Assembly: GCA_034439715.1 (NCBI GenBank)
Contig: JAWXAY010000029.1
Coordinates: 147,435-211,434, forward strand
Direction of reading: 5' to 3'
Origin: Pseudomonadota bacterium
Lineage (GTDB): Bacteria; Bdellovibrionota; Bdellovibrionia; Bdellovibrionales; SG-bin7
DNA: 64,000 nucleotides
The notes below the pieces were generated by a model, which ran no database searches, was not told the origin of the DNA, and saw nothing but the letters and a program-made list of their open reading frames with translations. Below are positions 19,960-29,902 of this stretch, in pieces (positions within the stretch are counted from its first letter, which is position 1; each line of letters opens with the position of its first letter). A program made the position numbers and the translations under genes.

Positions 19960-22900
19960 CTATTGATGGCTATACCAAACTTCAATTCTAGTGCCAGCTG
20001 CCGGCGGCTGGCTAAACAACACTCGGTTTCCTTGTACTGTCCAAGTGATGGTTTGATTGGGCGTAAATACCACATTCACGCTCGAAGCAATGGGCGTTCT
20101 CGCTAACTCAACTGAATTAACTACTGTGTTTACTTGGCGACCAATTTGTTCCACGACAGAACTATAATCGGTAGAACAAATGCTGCCAGTAATACCACCG
20201 GTTAACTGTGACCACTCAGCAACTCTTGTTCCGTAAAAGGCAAAGCCTCCCTGACTAACTTGGGAATTTAAGCAGGCGCTGTCTCCAGGCTGAATAATGA
20301 TCCCATAAACCGATAATTTTTTGCCGCTGGGCCAAATATTTTTAAAGTGTGCTTGTGCCTGAGCGGTTGTCGTTGCACTTGGGGGAGCATTAGATTTTTC
20401 GTCCTCATCACTTAACACCACAATCGCTAAGTCAGAGTCATTACGAATAAATCCCGCATTGTCAGAAGTACGTTTATCCATTGCAGTCATCGAAGCTAAA
20501 AGTGCTTGTTCATTTGAGCTGGGACAGTCGCCGCGAGCCTGACAGCCGTCAGTTTCTGGGCGATAAATTGTATTTCCGAAGACTTGAGCGGCGTTGGGCG
20601 TTGCAGCCGTTAAGATCTTACCGTCAGCACCCGTCAAACTTAATAGAGAGCCACAAATTCCGAATGGACCCGTGCTACAATCTGTATTTGTAATTCCTAT
20701 TTGCCAGTCAACACTTTGTAGTCCACTAATTAAACTCGGGAAGCGGCGGCCAAGTTCTCGTTGTTCGACTTCCATTGAAGATGAGTTATCGTCAACAAAA
20801 AGGATGTCGACCTTACCATTTGCGGTTGCAATGTTAAATACTTCGAATCCGTCAATCACACCTCTTACAAAGTCGCGTTGATCGCTACCAACATTACCCA
20901 CAGCATTGGTTTGCGATGCGATAATATTTTTTACGCCATCGCCAGCACTAAACACAATAGCTTGACTAAATTGACCACCGTTACAAGTAGCAGTTGTAGC
21001 TGCAGAAATGCCTGCGCCGCCCAGACTGACAGAGAGACCATTTTCGCAAGTACCTTGCAAAGTAAGACCATTTTGACCGCGAGTGCCTGCGGGGGGAGCT
21101 GTAATCCTAACAACAGGAACAGTGCTTTGACGATTAAAATTGCGATTAGCGCTGCCGATATTTCCGGCCGGGTCTACCTGCGAAGCAATTATGTTCTTCA
21201 CGCCATCGCCATTCGAAAAGGTGACTGCCGCGCTAAATTGGCCAGCAGAACAGAGTGTTGTGCTAGTCGCATTTACTCCTGCACCAGAGATATTAACTGT
21301 GAGATTCGATTCGCAAGTGCCTTGTAAAGTTAAACCATTTAAATGGAAACTGTCAGCTGCCGGTGACGTTATTGCTATAATGGGTGGCGCTCTGTCTAAC
21401 AACAGGTTCCTAACTGCAGAGCCTGTATTTCCGGCGGCATCCGTTTGATGAGCTATGATGTTTTTCTCTCCATCGCCAGTACTTAAATTTACATTTCCGG
21501 TAAACCTGCCACCCACGCAATTGACATCTAAGGGACTGGCTAAACCACTACCCACTAAATGGACTACTAAATTCGTTTCACATGTTCCATTGACTGTGAC
21601 TCCCACAGTTCTAACGACTGCCATTTCGGCAGGAGCGGTAAAGGTAAGTGTAGGAGCAGTTACATCTTTTATAAATGTTCGACTGTCAGAACCTACGTTG
21701 CCCGCGGCATCGGTTTGTCCGACACGAATTTCTTTGGGACCCTCGCCCAAACTAAAAGTTACATTTGCTGAAAAATTACCACCGGAGCACGAAACATTTT
21801 GAGTGGCATTTGCACCTGAACCAAAAACCATAACATTAAGTCCCGTTTCACAAGTCCCAGCAAGTGTTACTCCACTTTGCCAAACACTGTTTGCGGCAGG
21901 AGAAGTAATTCGCACAACAGGGCCCGAGCCATCGACATTATATGTTTTTGAATCTGAACCGCGATTACCAACAGCGTCGGTTTGACTAGCGGTAACAGTT
22001 TTTTGTCCGTCGCCACTTGAAGCTATTAATGCCACACTAAACTGACCACCACCACAGGGAGTCGTTGTAGAAGCAGAAACTGCTCCTGAAATCACCACAT
22101 TGATTCCTGTTTCACAAGTTCCTTGAAGTGTGAAATTAGAACCCAAGCTAGCGCCATCGGCTGGACTAGAAATCGCTACATTTGGTGCTGTAGCATCTCT
22201 AATAAAGTCACGGTTAGCTGAGTTGGAATTATTAGCAGCATCTGTTTGGGTCACTACTATGTTTTTAATACCATCACCATTTGAGAATATGATAGCCGAA
22301 GAATATCTGGCTGCCGCACAGGTAGTTGTTGAAGCCACTGCGACTCCAACTCCAGAAATACCAACTGTTAAGCCATTTTCACACGCGCCACCAACAGTTA
22401 AACCATTTTGTGCAACTGTATTAACAGCAGGTGTGTCGATTGTTAACAATGGAGCCGTGGTATCACGATTAAATGTGCGCGATGCTGAACCCGTGTTACC
22501 CACGCTATCGGTTTGCATAGCTGTTACAAGTTTAGCACCATCGCCACTAGTAAAATTGACTTGCGATGAAAACCCACCACCTACACATGCGGTCGAAACT
22601 GGGGCTGATAGGCCAGATCCAGAAAGATCAACTTGTAAACCTGACTCACAAGTTCCTTGTATGGTCGCCTGTGCCAAAACAATGGCATTGGCTGCCGGGG
22701 ATGTTATTGCAATCAGCGGAGCCGTATTGTCTTTAATAAACTGCCTGTTGTCAGAAGCACTATTTCCCGAAGCATCAGTTTGCATGGCAACTACATCTTT
22801 ACTGCCATCACCATTTGAAAACGTGATTGCTGATGAAAATTGACCATTAGAACAAGAGGTTGTTGACTGCGCATTTACGCCCGTGCCAGAAATAGTTACC

Positions 22901-25900
22901 TGAACCCCTGTTTCACAAGTGCCGCTAATTGTTAAGCCAGTACGACCAACTGTTCCTGCATTTGGGGCAGTAATTGCAATTCTTGGGGCCGAAGAGTCTC
23001 TAACAAAATCTCTGTTGGCACTGCCCGAGTTGCCCGCCGCATCTGTTTGGGCGACTACGACATTTTTTATACCGTCACCATTTGAAAAGCTAATTGCAGC
23101 AGAATAGCGACTCGCTGAGCAAGCTGTTGTCGATGTGTTTAAAACTCCGCCGCCAGAAATATTAACTGTCAAGCCAGTTTCGCACGCCCCACCAATAGTT
23201 AATCCAATTTGCGCAATAGTATTAGCGACTGGAGTATCAATCGTAATGTTTGGGCCATTTGCATCTCTTAAAAAGTTTCTGGAGCTGGCGCCCGTGTTGC
23301 CAGCAGAATCCGTTTGCGCTGCACTAACAACCTTTGTGCCGTCGCCACTTGAAAAGCTTACGAGAGCTGAAAAGTTACCCGAGGCACAACTCGTATTTAC
23401 AGCGGCGGCTAAGCCAGCACCGGACAAAGCTACTTGTAAACCGCTTTCACATGTTCCCAAAATATTTTCTTGAGCTTGTACAAAGGCATTAGCATTTGGA
23501 GACGTAATCGCTATAATAGGAGCGGTGTTATCTCTGACAAACTGCCGGCTGTCTGAAGCACTGTTACCCGCAGTATCCGTTTGCGTGGCAACCACATCTT
23601 TACTGCCATCACCATTTGAAAAAGTGATTGCTGATGAAAATTGACTATTAGTACAAGGCACGGATGATTGAGCGCTCACTCCGGCGCCTGAGATGGCAAC
23701 CGGTAGGCCAGACTCACAGGTTCCTACGAGGGTTACTCCCACTCGGGCTAGTGTGCCCGCCGCAGGCGCTGTGATAGCAATACTTGGCGCCACAGAGTCG
23801 CGAATAAAATTTCGATTACTTGAACTACTGTTTCCAGATTGATCTGTTTGCGAAGCAACTACGTTTTTAACTCCATCGCCATTTGAAAAAATAATTGCAG
23901 CTGAATAACGAGAGTTCGCACAAGTAGCAGTTAGTGGGCTTGCAATCCCTGCTCCAGATATATTAACAATAAAACCATTTTCACAAGCACCACCGCAAGT
24001 AAGGCCCGTTTGTGCCACGGTATTTACGGCAGGTGTATCTATGGTAATGTTGGGTCCATTGGCGTCTCTAACAAAACTTCGTGAATTCGTACCTGTGTTT
24101 CCGACGCTATCAGTTTGCGAAGCCGTAACTGATTTTGTGCCATCACCATTTGAAAAGGTAACAAGCGCTGAAAAACTGGCCGCTGCGCAGGCTGTATTTA
24201 GACTTGTAGCCAAGCCCGAACCTGACAGTGTCACTTGCAAGCCACTTTCACAAGTTCCCGAAATATTTTCTTGAGCTTGTACAAAGGCATTAGCATTTGG
24301 CAATGTAATTGCAATTACGGGAGCTGTGTTATCACGATTGAATTGTCGAGTATCTGAACCACTATTTCCTGCAGAGTCTGTTTGCGTGACCAATACATCT
24401 TTTGCGCCGTCACCACTTGAAAAAATTAGTGCCGCGCTAAACTGACTGTTAGTGCAGGTCGCAGTGGTGGGGGCATTGACTCCTGAACCAGAAATATTAA
24501 CAGGAATACCCACTTCGCAAGTTCCTAATAGGGTTACACCAGTTCGAGCAGCTGTTCCAGCAGCTGGTGACGTGATGCGAACAACGGGAGCACCAGTGTC
24601 GCGAAGAAATGATCTATTGTCGCTGCCGATATTTCCGGCGGGGTCTGTCTGGCTAACTATGACATTCTTTGAGCCGTCATTAGCTGTTAAAGTCACCGCT
24701 ATATCAAAATTTCCATTGTTACAAAGTCCGGTCGAAGGGGAAACTAAACCAGCACCAGAAAGTGTAATGCCTAGGCCTATTTCACATGTACCTTGCAATC
24801 CGACACTGGTAGTTACTGAAGAATTAGCGGCCGGAGCAGTGATGACGATTCGCGGAGCTGTAGAATCACGACTAACTGTGCGTGAGGCTGAGCCTGAGTT
24901 TCCCGCTCGATCTGTTTGAGTGGCAGTCACCGATTTAATTCCATCACCATTAGACAAATTCAAAAGCTGAGAGAACTGGCCAACATTACAACTGGCCGTT
25001 GCCGCTTGGCTAATGCCTGTGCCGGTGACCACAACGTTTAGACCTGTTTCACATGTGCCAGTTAAAGTCATTTGGTCGCCGACCCAGCTATTTGCAGCGG
25101 GAGCTGTAATAGTCACAATGGGAGCAACAGTGTCTTTAATAAAATTTCTTTGATCAGAACTTTGATTGCCCACTGAATCAGTCTGCGAAGCCACGATGGT
25201 TTTTGTTCCATCGCCACTTGAAAAAATAATGTCCAATGCGAAGAGACTATTAGAACATGTGGTAGTCGAATTTTGAGCCACGCCACCAGAAATGTTGACA
25301 GCTACACCTGACTCACATGTACCTTGAAGTCTCAGGCCATTTTGAGCTTCAGTATTTACAGCGGGTGCAGTGATAGCTATATTGGGCGCTGAGGAGTCTC
25401 TAATAAAACTTCTCGAATCAGAGCCACTGTTTCCAGCTCCATCGGTTTGGGTGACGGTCATTGATTTAGTTCCGTCACCGTTAGAAAATGTTGCAGGAAT
25501 ACTAAATCCACCATTACTACATGGACCATTTGTGGCAGAAAGTAATCCAGAACCCGTAACCATTACATTTAAGCCAGTTTCGCAAGTACCAATTAGAGTT
25601 ACACCACTAACTGTTGAGGAGTTCGCCGCGGGCGCAGTTATAGCCACTCGAGGCGCAGTACCATCAACTTGAATAGTTCTTTGATCTGTACCTGAATTTC
25701 CAGCAACATCAGTCTGCGATACTAATATTTGTTTTGCGCCATCACCGCTCGCCGCCGTAAAATTATAGCTGAACTGGCCACTAGTACATGCGACACTAGT
25801 GATTTGCGAAAGGGCCGAGCCAGAAACACTCACATTTAATCCTGATTCACATGTTCCCGCTAATTGTACAGGGCCTCTTGTTACTAAACCATTTACGGGA

Positions 25901-26853
25901 CTAGTAATTGCAATGAGCGGTGCGGTGCTATCTCTTACAAAACTACGGGAGTCTTGACCTAAATTACCGGCGCGATCTGTTTGAGAAACTGAAACCTGTT
26001 TACTACCATCACCATTTGAATAGGTAACATCAGATGAAAATTGTCCATTGGTACAAGCGGCAGAAGTAATAGCGTTAACTCCGCCACCGCCAATTGCGAC
26101 ACTATAACCAGTCTCGCATGTTCCAGTAATTCGTGTGCCCATACGTGTGATAGAACCCGCACTGGGAGTCGAAATAACTACTCGTGGTGCCACGGAGTCC
26201 TTTATAATGTTTCTGTTGTCGTTACCAATATTGCCGGCTAAGTCGATTTGCTGAGCTACTATGTTTTTTATACCGTCTGAACCCGCGAGTTGGATTGGCA
26301 TAGTAAATACACTATTGATGCAATTAACAGATCCCAAAGAACCTCGTCCTGTCAAAAATAAATCTACTACAAGCCCTGCCTCACATGTTCCCGTAATGTT
26401 TACTGTAGCCATGACCTCTGAATTGAGGGCGGGAGTAGCAATGAGAACCGTTGGGGCAACTGTATCTTTAATAAAATTACGATCGTCTTGTGCCCACTCA
26501 TTTGTTTCGAGGTTTCGCTGTTTCGCAACTACATTTTTTAATCCTTCACCATCCGAAAACGTAATGAATGTTTCAAAATTACCATCTTCACAACTCAGTT
26601 TACTATTAAAGAGTATTCCCGAACCCAGGCCTTCTATGGTTACAGGGAGTTTTTCTTTACAAGTTCCTTTTACTAATACTCCGACTCTGTCGACTGTATA
26701 AGGGGCTGGTTCCATAATTCGAACGCCATCGGGCATTCTTAGTGCAAAGCTATTGGGATCCTGGCTAAATTGAAGCTTAGAGCAGCTTGCCAAATATAGA
26801 GATAGACATAGCCACAAAAAACTTTTTGAATAACCTAATATATATAGTCTCAT
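19960..26853 (-). CDS. Giant surface lipoprotein adhesin: 22 Ig-like repeats + C-terminal vWA domain
   Basis: Lipobox LYLASC; 22 repeats of ~89 aa (D..AP.I.IT.P...G[TA]CE...C..G.F...QTD.AGN); DILFVDDNSSSM MIDAS motif. Confidence 0.88.
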   Translation of the reverse strand: MRLYILGYSKSFLWLCLSLYLASCSKLQFSQDPNSFALRMPDGVRIMEPAPYTVDRVGVLVKGTCKEKLPVTIEGLGSGILFNSKLSCEDGNFETFITFSDGEGLKNVVAKQRNLETNEWAQDDRNFIKDTVAPTVLIATPALNSEVMATVNITGTCEAGLVVDLFLTGRGSLGSVNCINSVFTMPIQLAGSDGIKNIVAQQIDLAGNIGNDNRNIIKDSVAPRVVISTPSAGSITRMGTRITGTCETGYSVAIGGGGVNAITSAACTNGQFSSDVTYSNGDGSKQVSVSQTDRAGNLGQDSRSFVRDSTAPLIAITSPVNGLVTRGPVQLAGTCESGLNVSVSGSALSQITSVACTSGQFSYNFTAASGDGAKQILVSQTDVAGNSGTDQRTIQVDGTAPRVAITAPAANSSTVSGVTLIGTCETGLNVMVTGSGLLSATNGPCSNGGFSIPATFSNGDGTKSMTVTQTDGAGNSGSDSRSFIRDSSAPNIAITAPAVNTEAQNGLRLQGTCESGVAVNISGGVAQNSTTTCSNSLFALDIIFSSGDGTKTIVASQTDSVGNQSSDQRNFIKDTVAPIVTITAPAANSWVGDQMTLTGTCETGLNVVVTGTGISQAATASCNVGQFSQLLNLSNGDGIKSVTATQTDRAGNSGSASRTVSRDSTAPRIVITAPAANSSVTTSVGLQGTCEIGLGITLSGAGLVSPSTGLCNNGNFDIAVTLTANDGSKNVIVSQTDPAGNIGSDNRSFLRDTGAPVVRITSPAAGTAARTGVTLLGTCEVGIPVNISGSGVNAPTTATCTNSQFSAALIFSSGDGAKDVLVTQTDSAGNSGSDTRQFNRDNTAPVIAITLPNANAFVQAQENISGTCESGLQVTLSGSGLATSLNTACAAASFSALVTFSNGDGTKSVTASQTDSVGNTGTNSRSFVRDANGPNITIDTPAVNTVAQTGLTCGGACENGFIVNISGAGIASPLTATCANSRYSAAIIFSNGDGVKNVVASQTDQSGNSSSSNRNFIRDSVAPSIAITAPAAGTLARVGVTLVGTCESGLPVAISGAGVSAQSSVPCTNSQFSSAITFSNGDGSKDVVATQTDTAGNSASDSRQFVRDNTAPIIAITSPNANAFVQAQENILGTCESGLQVALSGAGLAAAVNTSCASGNFSALVSFSSGDGTKVVSAAQTDSAGNTGASSRNFLRDANGPNITIDTPVANTIAQIGLTIGGACETGLTVNISGGGVLNTSTTACSASRYSAAISFSNGDGIKNVVVAQTDAAGNSGSANRDFVRDSSAPRIAITAPNAGTVGRTGLTISGTCETGVQVTISGTGVNAQSTTSCSNGQFSSAITFSNGDGSKDVVAMQTDASGNSASDNRQFIKDNTAPLIAITSPAANAIVLAQATIQGTCESGLQVDLSGSGLSAPVSTACVGGGFSSQVNFTSGDGAKLVTAMQTDSVGNTGSASRTFNRDTTAPLLTIDTPAVNTVAQNGLTVGGACENGLTVGISGVGVAVASTTTCAAARYSSAIIFSNGDGIKNIVVTQTDAANNSNSANRDFIRDATAPNVAISSPADGASLGSNFTLQGTCETGINVVISGAVSASTTTPCGGGQFSVALIASSGDGQKTVTASQTDAVGNRGSDSKTYNVDGSGPVVRITSPAANSVWQSGVTLAGTCETGLNVMVFGSGANATQNVSCSGGNFSANVTFSLGEGPKEIRVGQTDAAGNVGSDSRTFIKDVTAPTLTFTAPAEMAVVRTVGVTVNGTCETNLVVHLVGSGLASPLDVNCVGGRFTGNVNLSTGDGEKNIIAHQTDAAGNTGSAVRNLLLDRAPPIIAITSPAADSFHLNGLTLQGTCESNLTVNISGAGVNATSTTLCSAGQFSAAVTFSNGDGVKNIIASQVDPAGNIGSANRNFNRQSTVPVVRITAPPAGTRGQNGLTLQGTCENGLSVSLGGAGISAATTATCNGGQFSQAIVFSAGDGVKNIIASQTNAVGNVGSDQRDFVRGVIDGFEVFNIATANGKVDILFVDDNSSSMEVEQRELGRRFPSLISGLQSVDWQIGITNTDCSTGPFGICGSLLSLTGADGKILTAATPNAAQVFGNTIYRPETDGCQARGDCPSSNEQALLASMTAMDKRTSDNAGFIRNDSDLAIVVLSDEDEKSNAPPSATTTAQAQAHFKNIWPSGKKLSVYGIIIQPGDSACLNSQVSQGGFAFYGTRVAEWSQLTGGITGSICSTDYSSVVEQIGRQVNTVVNSVELARTPIASSVNVVFTPNQTITWTVQGNRVLFSQPPAAGTRIEVWYSHQ
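20880..26720 (-). repeat. Intragenic ~267-bp tandem repeats with 801-bp higher-order periodicity
   Basis: Identical 39-mers at 23461 and 24262, and matching segments at 22793 and 23594 (both pairs 801 bp apart); boundaries approximate. Confidence 0.85.
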
Positions 26854-26907
26854 CAACGCACCCCAAATAAAGAAAAAACCACAATGTCTTGACCCAAGCC
26901 TTTTAAG

Positions 26908-26924
26908 AGCAAGCACCAAGCCAA
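26908..26924 (-). promoter_or_regulatory. sigma54 promoter of the giant adhesin gene
   Basis: TTGGCTTGGTGCTTGCT (GG-N10-GC) ~55 nt upstream of ATG 26853. Confidence 0.7.
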
Positions 26925-27212
26925 GTATGGAGACCTATTCATTTTGAGAATTTGTTTTTAAGATTGTGATTTTTCGACGTTATCGCATAGCGATGAGAAA
27001 ATTTGAATTTTAATATTAATGTCTAATTTTTATTTGTATCCATACTTCATACAGAAAATCTTAAAATTTTTGCGCTTCATTTCGAGAGTGCATCGAATAT
27101 TGCATTCAGGTGCATTCGATCTAGTATGCCCATTCACCTTCAAGATGTCCGTATTTGATATGAAAGTTTTCATAAAGTGAATAATGAATTGTCACAATTA
27201 TATTTTTTAGCT

Positions 27213-28166
27213 CTATTTTACAAGGTGATCAGCAATTACCAAATATGTCATTCCTTCTAAAACCGGTAGGGCCCGAAACACTATACAGGGATCATGTCGG
27301 CCTTTTTTTGAAACGTCGAGCACACTCGATGTTGGTTTAAACGCCACCCGTGCAACAATTCGTTCACCGGTGGAGATGCCGCCCTTCATCCCGCCATAAA
27401 CAGAGGATGAAGTAATATTGGCATTATGAAAAATCGAACCCTCTACATTCACCGCCGCGAAACCTACGCCAAACTCTACGCCAATAGTTGCTCCGACAGA
27501 CATATAGGCCTGAGCTAAATCAGATTTTAGCTTTCGAAAAACCGGCTCACCAACACCGGTCTTAATATGATCAATCCATATTTCGGCAATGCCACCATAA
27601 CTATAGCCCTTTTCTCTAGCCTCAACTAATAATTTCTTGACTTCATCCTCTCTGGAATTCGAGAGTTCAAGGTCCAACGGACCAATCCTTTTTGCAAAGG
27701 CAATGACTTTAGTTTCATCACCAATATGCCTCAAGGCCATTTGCGCTACCGCTCCGCCGATTACTCGCGAAACTGTTTCGCGGCCAGAACTCCGACCCCC
27801 GCCCCGCAGATCGGTATGGCCGAATTTTTTAGCCCATACTTCGTCAGCATGACCCACGCGGGGAACATATTTAATCTTTTCATAGTCCGATGATCTTTGA
27901 TCCTGATTTCTAATGATCACGGCCAGCGGTGTTCCCAGAGTTTTTCCATCAAACACGCCGCTCAGAATTTCTGGAACGTCCGATTCATTTCTCGCCGAAA
28001 CAATTTCTGAAGTGCCGGGTCTCCTTTTTTCAAGTTCCCTTTTTAACAGTTCCTTATCAAACACCACTCCCGCTGGGCAGCCATCGATAACCACGCCCAT
28101 CGCCGGCCCATGACTCTCTCCGAAAGTAGTAATTACAAATCGACTGCCAAATGAATTAGCTCTCAT
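27213..28166 (-). CDS. aroC: Chorismate synthase
   Basis: TFGESHG, RGGGRSSGRET, GGISTG, FKPTSS and GRHDPC motifs. Confidence 0.95.
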   Translation of the reverse strand: MRANSFGSRFVITTFGESHGPAMGVVIDGCPAGVVFDKELLKRELEKRRPGTSEIVSARNESDVPEILSGVFDGKTLGTPLAVIIRNQDQRSSDYEKIKYVPRVGHADEVWAKKFGHTDLRGGGRSSGRETVSRVIGGAVAQMALRHIGDETKVIAFAKRIGPLDLELSNSREDEVKKLLVEAREKGYSYGGIAEIWIDHIKTGVGEPVFRKLKSDLAQAYMSVGATIGVEFGVGFAAVNVEGSIFHNANITSSSVYGGMKGGISTGERIVARVAFKPTSSVLDVSKKGRHDPCIVFRALPVLEGMTYLVIADHLVK

Positions 28167-29902
28167 AGTAACTCACCTTCTAACTCTGCCTTAATAGGTA
28201 GTTCACACAACTGCCAAAACTTGCGTTGGGCTCGCGCTTGAGCTTTAAACATTTTATTCCCATCTTGATAATCAGCTCCTGTTTGCAACGCGTACTCCTT
28301 GCCCGGAGAATCGTCTGTGTAATTTAAATCCAAAATTAATCTAGGGCGCCATTCCTTTGGTGGATATTTATTCAATCGGCCTCTTCCGACCGCCCACACG
28401 ACCACTTCCGGCAAAATTTCAGATGTCGATCCATCTCGATTTTTGCCTGTCCTCGCCGAATAGTATTTTGCTTTTGGAAGAAAGCTGTTGATGCTTTCCA
28501 ACAATCCGCCTCCGCCCCAAACCGCTACCGACTCGTCCTTTATTACCTCAAAAAACTCTTTCAAGCCATCTAGGTCTGTATTCGCTCCCTGCCATTTCCC
28601 ATTATAGTATATTGTATTTATCGTGTCCGGCCTAAGTGCGATTTTCTTGAGTGGAGAGGTAACAGCCGCGTACTTTAAACCTAAACTCTCCAAAACCGCA
28701 ATAGCTTCGCTCCATTCGCTTTCACTCACACGAATTTTTACAAATGGGAGTTTCCTTTTCGAAAAAAATTCTTGATGCTCTTCTGGCGAAAAGCTGTGTT
28801 CAATGGGATCACCTAATACAGCTGCAAAACTCTCGCTCACTGGGGCACTTAGCCAATCCATCATAGAGGGTTGATCCAAAACATTAGAAAACCCTTCATT
28901 CACAAAATTTAATTTTTGCTTACCTTTCTGCAGAACTCGGTACCAGAGCCATCGACCATCGTCAGAAGTAGGTAAAAATGATCTCTGTGACTGATCTTCT
29001 CTTTGCCACTTATGACCCAAAACCAATTCGGAAAAACTTTTTATCTCTACGGCTAACTTAATATGAGTCCCGCCTTTTTGGTACTGCTCTAGTTTTCTCA
29101 AAGTACTCTCAAATGAAAGTTCGTCTGACCTCGTATGCAAAGAATAAATGCGGGGATTTGGAAAGGGACACTCACCTAGCTCCAAAGCCCAATCAAAGTC
29201 TGAAACTCCCGACGGTAGACTCTCAATTTTTTTTCTGATGCTAAAGAGCAGTTGTGAGTTTGGAATATACTTTAAAGCCAAGGCAATATTATTCTCGCTT
29301 AAAAAGTCATTTCGCAATTCAAAGAAAGACACGCCCCATGGCCGACAACGCTCAAAGTAGCAATTAATACCATCACGACTTTCAAAAACTCTCGGAAACA
29401 CCGTAAGAGTAGCGCCGACATTTAGTCCCCCACCTCCTAAAATGTTTTTTTCGCTTTCGCTAGGCTCAAATCGACCCTCAGGCAAAACATAAATTTGGTC
29501 GCATATTTTAGAAAACTTTTTGTCCCTTAGTTCAAAATTTCTTAAATATTCTTCTAAAGGAGTCAGAGTCAAATCAAGCCTGGGGCGATTTAAAAAGATT
29601 CTACCCATTTTGTCTGTCGTCCGTTTTATCCACACAACTTTGATTGACTTGGGTAAGTCGAAATTAAAACCGGCTCCCATTGAAATAAAATGGGGCTCCA
29701 TGACCATGGCCTCAACAAAACATTTTTTTTCTAGAATTCGAAAGTATGCCTCACCGGAGGTAGCAAATATTTCCGCAATCGTATGGCCTTCTCTTTGCTC
29801 AATATAAAGATCGAGGTCCAGCACATTAAATCCATACTGAGCCAAACGCTCTAACAGCGTTGATTTTCCCACCCCTCGATGCCCAACAAGTACTGTAGTC
29901 AT
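28163..29902 (-). CDS. Trifunctional shikimate kinase / type I dehydroquinase / shikimate dehydrogenase fusion
   Basis: GHRGVGKST and GEAYFR (AroK); ELRND, YSLH and IKLAV (AroD); GDPIEHSFSP, VTSPLK, NTD and DLNY (AroE). Confidence 0.85.
   Translation of the reverse strand: MTTVLVGHRGVGKSTLLERLAQYGFNVLDLDLYIEQREGHTIAEIFATSGEAYFRILEKKCFVEAMVMEPHFISMGAGFNFDLPKSIKVVWIKRTTDKMGRIFLNRPRLDLTLTPLEEYLRNFELRDKKFSKICDQIYVLPEGRFEPSESEKNILGGGGLNVGATLTVFPRVFESRDGINCYFERCRPWGVSFFELRNDFLSENNIALALKYIPNSQLLFSIRKKIESLPSGVSDFDWALELGECPFPNPRIYSLHTRSDELSFESTLRKLEQYQKGGTHIKLAVEIKSFSELVLGHKWQREDQSQRSFLPTSDDGRWLWYRVLQKGKQKLNFVNEGFSNVLDQPSMMDWLSAPVSESFAAVLGDPIEHSFSPEEHQEFFSKRKLPFVKIRVSESEWSEAIAVLESLGLKYAAVTSPLKKIALRPDTINTIYYNGKWQGANTDLDGLKEFFEVIKDESVAVWGGGGLLESINSFLPKAKYYSARTGKNRDGSTSEILPEVVVWAVGRGRLNKYPPKEWRPRLILDLNYTDDSPGKEYALQTGADYQDGNKMFKAQARAQRKFWQLCELPIKAELEGELL

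Noticed and set aside
20481..26701. Many plus-strand ORFs and repeats as a possible CRISPR array or antisense genes
   Set aside because: They are antisense shadows of the repetitive adhesin; the repeats are codon-degenerate protein repeats without spacers
26854..26919. Longer N-terminus of the giant adhesin
   Set aside because: It overlaps the sigma54 promoter; the lipoprotein signal fits a start at 26853
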